The position numbers were made by a program, and so were the translations under genes. From sequence record SRR2962707_2488: a stretch of 45,907 nt of DNA; one strand, given 5' to 3'. This document shows positions 10,281-18,719 of this stretch, in pieces. Numbering within the stretch: the stretch's first letter is position 1; each line of letters starts with the position of its first letter. A model generated the notes under the pieces. It was not told the DNA's origin. It saw only the letters and a program-made list of their open reading frames with translations, and searched no databases.

Positions 10281-11161
10281 TTACAAGTTGGCGTGCCAGT
10301 CGCGGATAGCCTCGCCGATTTCATCGGGCGAATCCTCCTGGATAAAGTGCAGGCCCGGCACGGTCACTTCTGTCAGATTGGGCCATTTGCGCACGACGTC
10401 GCGGACGGGGCCGGTAATCAGCACCCCCGGCTCAGCGTTCACGAACAGCTTGGGAGTGGGCGTTGTGGCCAGCCATTCAACATAGGCATCAACAATTTCG
10501 GACACGTCCGCCGGATCACCCGCAACCGGAATCTGACGTGGCCATGTCAGCGTTGGCCGACGGTCTTCGCCTGCATTGGCAAAGGGGCGGCGCGGTACTC
10601 GGCCATCTCTTCATCCTCCAGCTTTCGCAGGATCGACGCAGGAAAAATCCCCTCGACGAACAGGTTCTTCTGCAAAACCATGTCTTCGCCCGCGGGCGAG
10701 CGGAGCGCCTGAAAGGTTTCGCGGGCGCGTTCTGGGAATTCATCCCAGCTGGACCGCGTGCCAACAATCGCCTCCATAAACGCGATGCCTTTTACAGCAT
10801 CGGGGTGCATATGCGCCCAGTGGAACCCAAGGCCCGAACCCCAGTCGTGGATCACCAGCGTTACGTTTTCAGTGACGCCCAACTGCTCTATCAGCGCGAA
10901 AAGATACTTGCGCTGTTCGACGAAAGCGTAGCTGTCAGGGCCGGAGTTATCGAGCTTGTCGCTGTCCCCCATGCCGATCAGATCGGGGACAATCAAACGG
11001 CCCTTACCTGCCAGATGCGGCATCACGTTGCGCCACAGATAGGACGACATCGGGTTGCCGTGCAGGAATACGATCGGATCGCCAGTGCCCTCTTCGATAT
11101 AGGCCATCTGTTTGCCATGAACGGTGGCTAATTTCTTTTTGTCGCGGAAGTTTGTAGACAC
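10281..11161 (-). pseudogene. Haloalkane dehalogenase (LinB/DhaA-like), frameshifted
   Basis: [30 protein letters not shown] in one frame; [32 protein letters not shown] in another; 2 extra bases (GC) near 10590-10591; GTG start at 11161. Confidence 0.88.
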
Positions 11162-11204
11162 GGGAGGCCCCTTGCGCTTGTGGTTGAGTCGCGAAAGACG
11201 TAGA

Positions 11205-11218
11205 AGAACGATCATTCT
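11205..11218. promoter_or_regulatory. Palindromic operator-like site AGAACGATCATTCT
   Basis: Near-perfect 14-bp palindrome in the 72-bp gap between the divergent dehalogenase and TetR genes. Confidence 0.55.
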
Positions 11219-11233
11219 CAAAAAAGAGAAAAT

Positions 11234-11842
11234 ATGCCCAGAGTCAAATCCCATTCCCGTGAAAAGCTGTTGGACAGCGCCCTTAGTACCTTTTGGAAGA
11301 CCGGCTATCATGTCGTTTCCATGGGCGACCTTGTGCGCGAAACGGGCGTCAGCCGCGCGGGTATTTACAGCGATTTTTCTGGTAAGCAGGATCTCTTCCA
11401 TGCGTGTCTGGACAAGTATCAAGAGATTGTCGTGACCCCCGCATTTGCCCCCGTCGAAGCCCCCGGTGCCGGGCTGGACGGAATCCGTGCCTATCTGTCA
11501 AACCTGCTGAACAGGTTTGAGGCGGCAGATGGTTTTGGTATTGGATGTCTTGTCGGGAATACGCTGACCCAGATCGCAATAGAAGACGTAGCAACCCGTG
11601 AAAAACTGCTCGAACATTGCGACCGGTTGACCAATGGTTTTCGCAAGGTGCTGACCCGCGAGAACAGTCAAAATGGAACGCTTTCTGCCGCCCAGATTGA
11701 CGATCTCGCGCGCTATACCATGATCTCGGTTCAAGGGCTGTGGTCCTATGCGCGGCTGACCGATGACGTCGCGGTGTTGCGGGCCTATTCGGACAATCTA
11801 GTCACATCGCTGGAGGCCCAATTGCGCGGAGCATCGCATTGA
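11234..11842 (+). CDS. TetR/AcrR family transcriptional regulator (NemR/ComR-like)
   Basis: [46 protein letters not shown] motif. Confidence 0.9.
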   Translation: MPRVKSHSREKLLDSALSTFWKTGYHVVSMGDLVRETGVSRAGIYSDFSGKQDLFHACLDKYQEIVVTPAFAPVEAPGAGLDGIRAYLSNLLNRFEAADGFGIGCLVGNTLTQIAIEDVATREKLLEHCDRLTNGFRKVLTRENSQNGTLSAAQIDDLARYTMISVQGLWSYARLTDDVAVLRAYSDNLVTSLEAQLRGASH

Positions 11843-12423
11843 GCACCCGCATGCCCGAAGGCGATTTTCAGTTCATCGCACTGGACGTAGAAACCGCCTG
11901 CGGTGACAGCGCGAGCATCTGTCAAATCGGTATCGCCTGTGTCGGGTATGACGAAACCATTCAAACGTGGTCGACATATGTCGACCCTCAAGTCACCTTT
12001 GCGCCGTTTAACATTGATCTGCACGGGATCGGCCCGGACACGGTACGCGACGCACACAGCTTTGCGCAGATCTGGCCCGACATGTTGCCCCTGCTGTCCA
12101 GACATCCGATGGTACAACACAGCAGGTTTGACGAACACGCGATCAACGCCGCATGCAAAACCCACGGCTTACCGCTTCCTCGCTTGAGTTGGCAAAACAG
12201 TGTGTCCATCGCACGTGCGGCCTGGCCCGAGTTGATCGGGAATGGCGGCCACGGATTGGCCAACCTCAAAAAGTACCTGCAGCTTGATTTCGATCACCAC
12301 GACGCCGGCGAAGATGCCCGCGCCGCCGCCATGGTCGTGTTGCGGGCGCAAGCCGTCTCTGGGGGCACAGCTGCGGGCGACGCGGTAAGAGTGAAGCCCT
12401 TCCAGCTCTCTTGGCCCTTTTAG
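11839..12423 (+). CDS. DEDDh 3'-5' exonuclease (DNA polymerase III epsilon-like)
   Basis: ALDVETA, SICQIG, HHDAGEDA; overlaps the TetR stop by 4 bp (alternative ATG at 11851). Confidence 0.88.
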   Translation: MSTRMPEGDFQFIALDVETACGDSASICQIGIACVGYDETIQTWSTYVDPQVTFAPFNIDLHGIGPDTVRDAHSFAQIWPDMLPLLSRHPMVQHSRFDEHAINAACKTHGLPLPRLSWQNSVSIARAAWPELIGNGGHGLANLKKYLQLDFDHHDAGEDARAAAMVVLRAQAVSGGTAAGDAVRVKPFQLSWPF

Positions 12424-12609
12424 ACATCAGTGTTTTCGGGGGCCATCCAGACGCCCGGGCCAGAGATACCCGCACTATTCCGTCACATGGTCTGCGGCGC
12501 AAATATCGGCCACACGCAGGTGAACCGACACGCAGTGAATGACGGCTGATATATTGACCCGTCCCAATAGTTCAGGCATCGAAGCCGAAGGGCAAAGGCA
12601 GAAATATCA

Positions 12610-13503
12610 ATGATAAGTGGCATTGCGACCGACCGCAGGGCGAACCTGCTTGGCAGCGTTTGGATGATTGCTTCGATGGCGGGGTTCGCGGTCGAAGACA
12701 CATTTATCAAAGCCGCCTCCACGACGCTACCGATCGCTCAAATCCTTATCCTCTTTGGTTTGGGCGGCGCGCTTCTATTCGCCTGTATTTCCGCAATAAA
12801 CAAAGAGCCGTTGTTCACCAAAGACGTCGTGTCACCTCCGATGCGTATTCGCGTCTGCTTTGAGATTATCGGACGGCTATTCTATGTCCTTGCCATTTCG
12901 CTGATCCCGTTGTCTGCGGCGACGGTGATCCTTCAGGCGACCCCGCTGGTCGTGGTCGCTGGCGCAGCATTGGTGTTTGGCGAAAAGGTCGGTTGGCGTC
13001 GATGGGCCGCCATTTTCGTCGGGTTGATCGGGGTTATCGTCATCGTGCAGCCCGGGACGGATGGTTTTTCGATGCTCTCGATTTTAGCGATCATCGGGAT
13101 GATCGGGTTTGCGGGGCGCGATTTGGCCAGCCGCGCAGCACCCGCTTCTTTGACGACGTCTGTGCTTGGCTTTTACGGTTTTCTGTCCATCGTGGTTGCT
13201 GGCGCATTATTTTCCCTTTGGGAATCCGCCGCCTTTGTCGCGCTCGATCCTCAGGTTTCGTACTACCTGCTGGGTGCAGTACTAGCCGGCGTGGCTGCCT
13301 ATTCATGCTTAATGAAAGCGATGCGTACCGGAGAAGTGTCCGCGGTAACCCCATTCCGATACACGCGACTTCTATTTGGGATAGGGTTCGGAATTGCCTT
13401 TTTCGGCGAGAAGTTAAGCTATTCCATGATGTTTGGGTCAGGCTTGATTGTACTATCCGGCCTCTTCATCCTTTGGCGAGGGCGAAACACCAAGCGGCAG
13501 TAA
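12610..13503 (+). CDS. DMT/EamA family transporter
   Basis: About 10 TM helices; FGEKVGWRRW, VSAVTPFRYTRL. Confidence 0.9.
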   Translation: MISGIATDRRANLLGSVWMIASMAGFAVEDTFIKAASTTLPIAQILILFGLGGALLFACISAINKEPLFTKDVVSPPMRIRVCFEIIGRLFYVLAISLIPLSAATVILQATPLVVVAGAALVFGEKVGWRRWAAIFVGLIGVIVIVQPGTDGFSMLSILAIIGMIGFAGRDLASRAAPASLTTSVLGFYGFLSIVVAGALFSLWESAAFVALDPQVSYYLLGAVLAGVAAYSCLMKAMRTGEVSAVTPFRYTRLLFGIGFGIAFFGEKLSYSMMFGSGLIVLSGLFILWRGRNTKRQ

Positions 13504-13608
13504 CAACGCGAATGTCGCGCAGGATCGTCTGGGGCATCTCGGATTAGATCCTTAACGATCTTGGCAAATCGCACTGCTGATCGAACTGCAATCACTAGGG
13601 AGAGTACA

Positions 13609-15054
13609 ATGAACATGACATCCGATATCATCCCGTTCTCGAATGACGTGGATCATCTTCAACGGCTCTTCGACGATCAAAAGGGGACGGCCCGTGCGAC
13701 CCCTTTCCCAAGCCTCGAAGACAGGCTTGCCAGCCTCAAGAAACTGGAAACCCTGCTGGACGAACATCAAGACAGGTTCACCCAAGCAATCAGCGACGAC
13801 TTTGGTCAACGCTCGTTCTTTGAAACGCGCCTGACCGAATTTCTTGTTGTCCGGTTGGCTTTGACGCATGCGCGCAAGCATCTGAAATCATGGATGAAGA
13901 TCCGCAAGGTTCACACCCATCTGTTGTTCAAACCCGGCAAAAGCAGCATCCTGCCACAGCCTTTGGGCGTGGTCGGGATCATCGCGCCGTGGAACTTTCC
14001 GCTGCAGCTGATTTTATGCCCGCTGGTTACGGCACTTGCCGCAGGCAATCGCGCGATCCTTAAGCCAAGCGAGTTGACACCGCGTTTTGCAGAGGCCCTG
14101 AATGACGCGATCACCGGGCATTTTGCGGCTGACGAAGTGGCCGTGGTGCGCGGCGAAGCCGATATCGCACAGGCCATGACGAACCTGCCTTTCGATCATA
14201 TTGTCTTTACCGGTTCCACCGCCGTGGGCCGCAAAGTGGCACAGGCTGCCGCTGCCAACCTCACGCCCGTAACGCTTGAGCTGGGTGGTAAATCACCCGC
14301 CATTCTGGACGCCAGCGCCGATGTCACACGCGCCCTGCGCCGGATTGTCAAAGGCAAACTGACCAATTGTGGTCAGATCTGCATCGCGCCGGACTATCTG
14401 CTGGTGCCCGAGGACAAGGTCGATAGCGTGGCCGCGCAGTTGCTGGATATCGCGCGCGAGATGTACCCCGAATGGGACGGCAACCCTGACGCAACCGCCG
14501 TGATCAACACTAGCCATCTGGCCCGCCTTCAAGGGCTTGTGCAAGACGCCAAAGACAAAGGCGCGACGGTGCAAACGGCACAATCCGACCACGCCTCGGC
14601 TGACAACCGCATGATGCCCTTAACGGTCATCACCGGGGCCACGTCTGAAATGGCTGTAATGCAAGATGAAATCTTTGGCCCTGTGTTGCCTATCACCGGT
14701 GTCAAATCCCACGACGCGTCGCTGGCCTATGTTCAGGATCGCGCCCGCCCGCTTGCGCTTTATTGGTTTGGATCAGATGCCGCGCGTCGTCAGGATGTCC
14801 TGACCAAAGTCCATGCTGGCGGCGTCACCATCAACGACACGCTGCTGCACATCCTTCAGGACAATCTGCCGTTTGGCGGCGTCGGCGATAGCGGCACGGG
14901 CAATTACCACGGCAAAGCCGGTTTTGAGCGTCTGTCGCACATGAAAGCGATCTATCGTCAGGTAAAATACACCGCCACCGACCTGCTCGGCGCGCCGGTC
15001 ACACCTTTCGTCAAACGGATGCTCAAGCTAACCGAAGCCATCGGACGCAGATAA
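13609..15054 (+). CDS. Coniferyl aldehyde dehydrogenase-like NAD(P)-dependent aldehyde dehydrogenase
   Basis: PWNFP, KPSELTP, FTGST, LELGGKSP, GQICIAPDY, EIFGP; GGGAG RBS before ATG 13609. Confidence 0.88.
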   Translation: MNMTSDIIPFSNDVDHLQRLFDDQKGTARATPFPSLEDRLASLKKLETLLDEHQDRFTQAISDDFGQRSFFETRLTEFLVVRLALTHARKHLKSWMKIRKVHTHLLFKPGKSSILPQPLGVVGIIAPWNFPLQLILCPLVTALAAGNRAILKPSELTPRFAEALNDAITGHFAADEVAVVRGEADIAQAMTNLPFDHIVFTGSTAVGRKVAQAAAANLTPVTLELGGKSPAILDASADVTRALRRIVKGKLTNCGQICIAPDYLLVPEDKVDSVAAQLLDIAREMYPEWDGNPDATAVINTSHLARLQGLVQDAKDKGATVQTAQSDHASADNRMMPLTVITGATSEMAVMQDEIFGPVLPITGVKSHDASLAYVQDRARPLALYWFGSDAARRQDVLTKVHAGGVTINDTLLHILQDNLPFGGVGDSGTGNYHGKAGFERLSHMKAIYRQVKYTATDLLGAPVTPFVKRMLKLTEAIGRR

Positions 15055-15075
15055 CCGGCTTTGCCGCGCGCATGC

Positions 15076-17028
15076 CTAAACCGCAAAACCGGCGAGGGCC
15101 AACACGGGAAACAAGGCCAGCATTATTCCCAAGTCGGCAAAGCCCCCTCCGTCTGAGCTTGCGACCTCATCGGGTTCTTCCGGGATATCAGTTATCTCCG
15201 GTGCCTCATCTGCAAAATTTACCTCTGACTGATCTGTTATGAAGGGTACATCGAACTCCGCGCTTCTGAACGCAAAGCTTTGGAATTCTGCGGGGCTGTC
15301 TTCAAAGATCAATTCGTCCGAGGTGTTTTCGGATACTGTATCGTCCTCTACAGCGGCAAACCCGGCGGCTTGCAGGTCAACATCTGCAGCAAACGAGTTG
15401 AAGGCAAAGACCGAGTTTGAAGTATCGCCGTCATCCTCAACGAAGAGAAGGTCTGCTGCTTCGTCGATGGCATTCATCAAGGGTTCAAACCCTTCGGCTG
15501 GCGTTAGCCCGCGAATGACGACCTGCATGATTTCGCCCCTATCAAGGTCGACCTCAAGCACATTGTCGCGAAAAACCGTTTCTGCATCCAGCTCCTGAAG
15601 ATCAGCATCCGACCGAGTGCTGCCGGGGTTTTGCCCTTCCCCCACGCCAAGAACGCTGACCTCCATCGCGTCGAAGCCAGCAACGAAGCCCGACATATCG
15701 ATATCAGTGATTGTCGTTTCGTCCGCAGTCGAGGCCATGTACAGGACCATATCGCCGCCGCCCACGAAGGCATGTATATCAACATCCTCGCCGAAATATT
15801 CGGTGCTGCGATCGCTGCCGGGACTGAAATCAACCACCGATTTGCCCGGTAGGTTTTCAGACATCATGGAAAACATCTGTCCGGGCACTGTGGGCTCGGA
15901 ATAGTCAAAGCCGACCGACAACGGGTTTGATGTGTTTTGGATCAAAGGCCAGACATGGCCTTGGTCTACGCCAGCTTCCATAAAGTTTTCAACAATGTTG
16001 AGCATTTCATGGGCCTGAAATAGCCCGTAGTCTTCAGCACGGTCGAGAGAGCTGGTGGATTTCATGTTCCACTCAGTGACGTGAATTTCTAACCCCTCAA
16101 AGCCTTCTTTTTCCATCCAGACGTTGTTGATGATATCCAGATTATAAAGGCCGCGGGTTTGATCGCCGGTACCGTAAGTATAGACATGGGCGATAACGCC
16201 ATCGACCGCTTCCATTTTTTCTGGCGTGTCAAACGACATGATGACCAGCTCATTGTTGACTTCCGCCCAATTGACCTCACCATTTCCCCGAATATTATCA
16301 TATGAAATGTCGGCATTTGGGTATTTGGCAGACAGGTCATCGATAACACCCTCGGCACCCCAACCTTCGTACACTATCGCCAGATTTGAAACGCCGAAAT
16401 TGGTTCCCATTTGGACAAGAACATTAACCGATTCAGTTTCGATACCGTGAACTTCATTTACCAGTTTCAATTCATCATTGATGATAAAGGACATTTCAGA
16501 AGATACGCGGCCATATTCGACCGAATTCATTTTGCCTGACCCCCAGTATTCGTTCCCGATCTCTATTCCGGCAATTTCGGGACTACCATAAACACCCGAC
16601 GCCACATCGTGGATAAAATCACGCAGCGCTTCTTCGTCTATTTCTGCGCTCCGGTTCCCTTCGGCATCCGTTTCTTCGGTCAGCTGGTACCATGTCGGGA
16701 CAACGATGGTCACAGCATGACCGTTTTCTTCTGCGTAGCTCAAGAATTCTGAAATGGGTATGAATGTGGTTATTTCACCTGTTTCTGCATGAATCACTGT
16801 GCTTGCGTCCGGGTTTTCGATGTCGAAATAGTGCTCGGTCAGGGACCCGCCGGGGTATCGCAAGCCGCTGACACTAAGGGCTTGTATCGCTTCCTCATAA
16901 CTACCCGGGCCGGACATCGATCCGCGCGATGCCAGAATATTTCCGCCAAATAGCGCGTCATCAGCGCGTTCACCAAGGATATAATTCGCGGCAGACAGTT
17001 GAATGGTATTGGGTGATTGAACTAGCAT
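15076..17028 (-). CDS. Clan GH-A-like glycoside hydrolase domain protein with acidic linker and C-terminal hydrophobic anchor
   Basis: LRYPGGS, IEIGNEYWG, HVTEWN motifs; C-terminus SSDGGGFADLGIMLALFPVLALAGFAV. Confidence 0.6.
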   Translation of the reverse strand: MLVQSPNTIQLSAANYILGERADDALFGGNILASRGSMSGPGSYEEAIQALSVSGLRYPGGSLTEHYFDIENPDASTVIHAETGEITTFIPISEFLSYAEENGHAVTIVVPTWYQLTEETDAEGNRSAEIDEEALRDFIHDVASGVYGSPEIAGIEIGNEYWGSGKMNSVEYGRVSSEMSFIINDELKLVNEVHGIETESVNVLVQMGTNFGVSNLAIVYEGWGAEGVIDDLSAKYPNADISYDNIRGNGEVNWAEVNNELVIMSFDTPEKMEAVDGVIAHVYTYGTGDQTRGLYNLDIINNVWMEKEGFEGLEIHVTEWNMKSTSSLDRAEDYGLFQAHEMLNIVENFMEAGVDQGHVWPLIQNTSNPLSVGFDYSEPTVPGQMFSMMSENLPGKSVVDFSPGSDRSTEYFGEDVDIHAFVGGGDMVLYMASTADETTITDIDMSGFVAGFDAMEVSVLGVGEGQNPGSTRSDADLQELDAETVFRDNVLEVDLDRGEIMQVVIRGLTPAEGFEPLMNAIDEAADLLFVEDDGDTSNSVFAFNSFAADVDLQAAGFAAVEDDTVSENTSDELIFEDSPAEFQSFAFRSAEFDVPFITDQSEVNFADEAPEITDIPEEPDEVASSDGGGFADLGIMLALFPVLALAGFAV

Positions 17029-17753
17029 TTCAACTGACCCGTTGAAATAGCCGTGAGTTGTGATCCGGATATATTCGTAGCGCGTATTATATCCCGGCTA
17101 TTCTCAGTAATAGCGAATAAGTTTGAGAAAGAATAACGCAGAAATGCAACCCTAACCTGCACGGCCGCCGATAAGCACGATACACTTTGAAAATCTTCCA
17201 CATTAAAATCCCTGTTTCTCTAAACAGAAGATTACGCGGAACAACCAAGCATCGCTTGAGGTGGGATGGATACTTTATTTATATAAAGATATCCAAACGC
17301 ACAAAAGGATAGGCTGAATAATCCTATTGGGATCTTTGGACCAACCTCTGCCATTCATCTGAAACGCATTGCAAAACACTTGATGCCAGTATGAAACTGG
17401 CATTTTCTGCAATATTTTAATTGAGTTTTGGGGTGAATTGGATGATGGCGGTGACCAAAATTCTCCATCCAGAACGACATCAGAGCCGTCACGCCCGATG
17501 GCACCACCTGGACCAGCTCAGCGGTTGCGATGTGTCAGTCGCTGACCGCTGGTGCCTGAAAATCGGTCGGGACAGCCAGCTGCGCGGCGCAACATAAGTT
17601 GTTTTGACTTGAGGTCGCCTTAACGCCCCCCAAGATTCATCAAAGTATATCGCAGTTTATTTTCCCGAATTTACACATATATTTGCATGTATTTTTTTGA
17701 AAAAGGCGGCTACAAGGGGCACCATGCCCCCATAGAATTACGCCGCACTTTTC

Positions 17754-18467
17754 TCACGAATTTTTCTTCGCGAAGATTGCCTTCATATGCGTGTCGAATT
17801 CATTCCAGGTAATGACAGCGCGATTTCCAGCATGGCCATCGTAATACGATCTTCCGGTCGAGGTGGGAAAGCCTGCCCAAATTCGCGCGAGGTTTTCCAT
17901 GAAAGTATGACGACTGATCTGCCTTCTAATAAAGAGACTATAGCCAGCATCCTCAAGCAATATGTCGGCCAGACGGTCCTGCACGTCGTCCGTGAACAGC
18001 GTATTGTGGGACAATCCCAGCTCATGGACCAAGGTTTTTAGCGTGGCGGGAATGAACTGGTAACGCCCAATTGCGTGGGGCTGGTTCGGCGTTGCTTCAA
18101 TCCATTGATAAATTTCATCAATCGTCATCCGCGTCGGCGGCTTGGCTGGGCGAACCCTTGCGCCGTATTGTACAGCGTCATAGCCACGGTGCCCCGCTTC
18201 AGCCCAACCAATAAGATGCTTCAAGTTCGCAGTCGGCCCGGATCTCGCGCCAATTGGTATCATGCGGCGCTTCTTCCCTGATGCCTGATGCAACATCGAC
18301 GTATTCAGGTAGATGCGTTGTTGGGGATCTGTCTGCAAAACCGGAAAGGAAACAGCGGCCACCGTCGTCATGCGGAGGTCCGCGAATGTGGTGACGTCAG
18401 CCTGTGCGACCTGTGTGCCAAATACCGTAAAAAGCGAAAACACGGCAGTTGCTTTCATGATCATCAT
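17754..18467 (-). CDS. Secreted lysozyme-like (lambda-type muramidase/transglycosylase-like) protein
   Basis: Signal peptide ending AQA; LIGWAEAG, AIGRYQFIPATL, QDRLA, LARIWAGFP motifs. Confidence 0.65.
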   Translation of the reverse strand: MMIMKATAVFSLFTVFGTQVAQADVTTFADLRMTTVAAVSFPVLQTDPQQRIYLNTSMLHQASGKKRRMIPIGARSGPTANLKHLIGWAEAGHRGYDAVQYGARVRPAKPPTRMTIDEIYQWIEATPNQPHAIGRYQFIPATLKTLVHELGLSHNTLFTDDVQDRLADILLEDAGYSLFIRRQISRHTFMENLARIWAGFPTSTGRSYYDGHAGNRAVITWNEFDTHMKAIFAKKNS

Positions 18468-18719
18468 TTCTTGTTCCCCATCTATTTATTCAGCGATGGA
18501 GAGATATTGGCGGATTTCAGAATTGCGGTCATTTGAGCAAAAAGACAATTCATGCGGCATAAGTATAGTGGGCCGCGCGCTTGGTATATTTCCCTGCACG
18601 AAAGCACCGGATGGCTTCGGTCGTATCGCCCAAAGCGCGCTGCCAGCGCCCCGTTTTATAAATGGACCACGCCGCAGATGCGCTTGCGGCGTGGTCCTTC
18701 CTGGCAACTGATGGATGAG

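Noticed and set aside
11162-11422. N-terminal 87 aa of the ORF 10547-11422
   Set aside because: Overlaps the divergent TetR; dehalogenase similarity starts only at GTG 11161
17519-17551. Imperfect hairpin CAGCGGT...ACCGCTG in the 17.0-17.75 kb spacer as an ncRNA
   Set aside because: A single imperfect stem with no U tract or recognisable family motif; insufficient support
17754-18467. Lysozyme-like gene as evidence of a prophage
   Set aside because: No holin, structural or integrase genes in the window, and the protein has a Sec-type signal peptide
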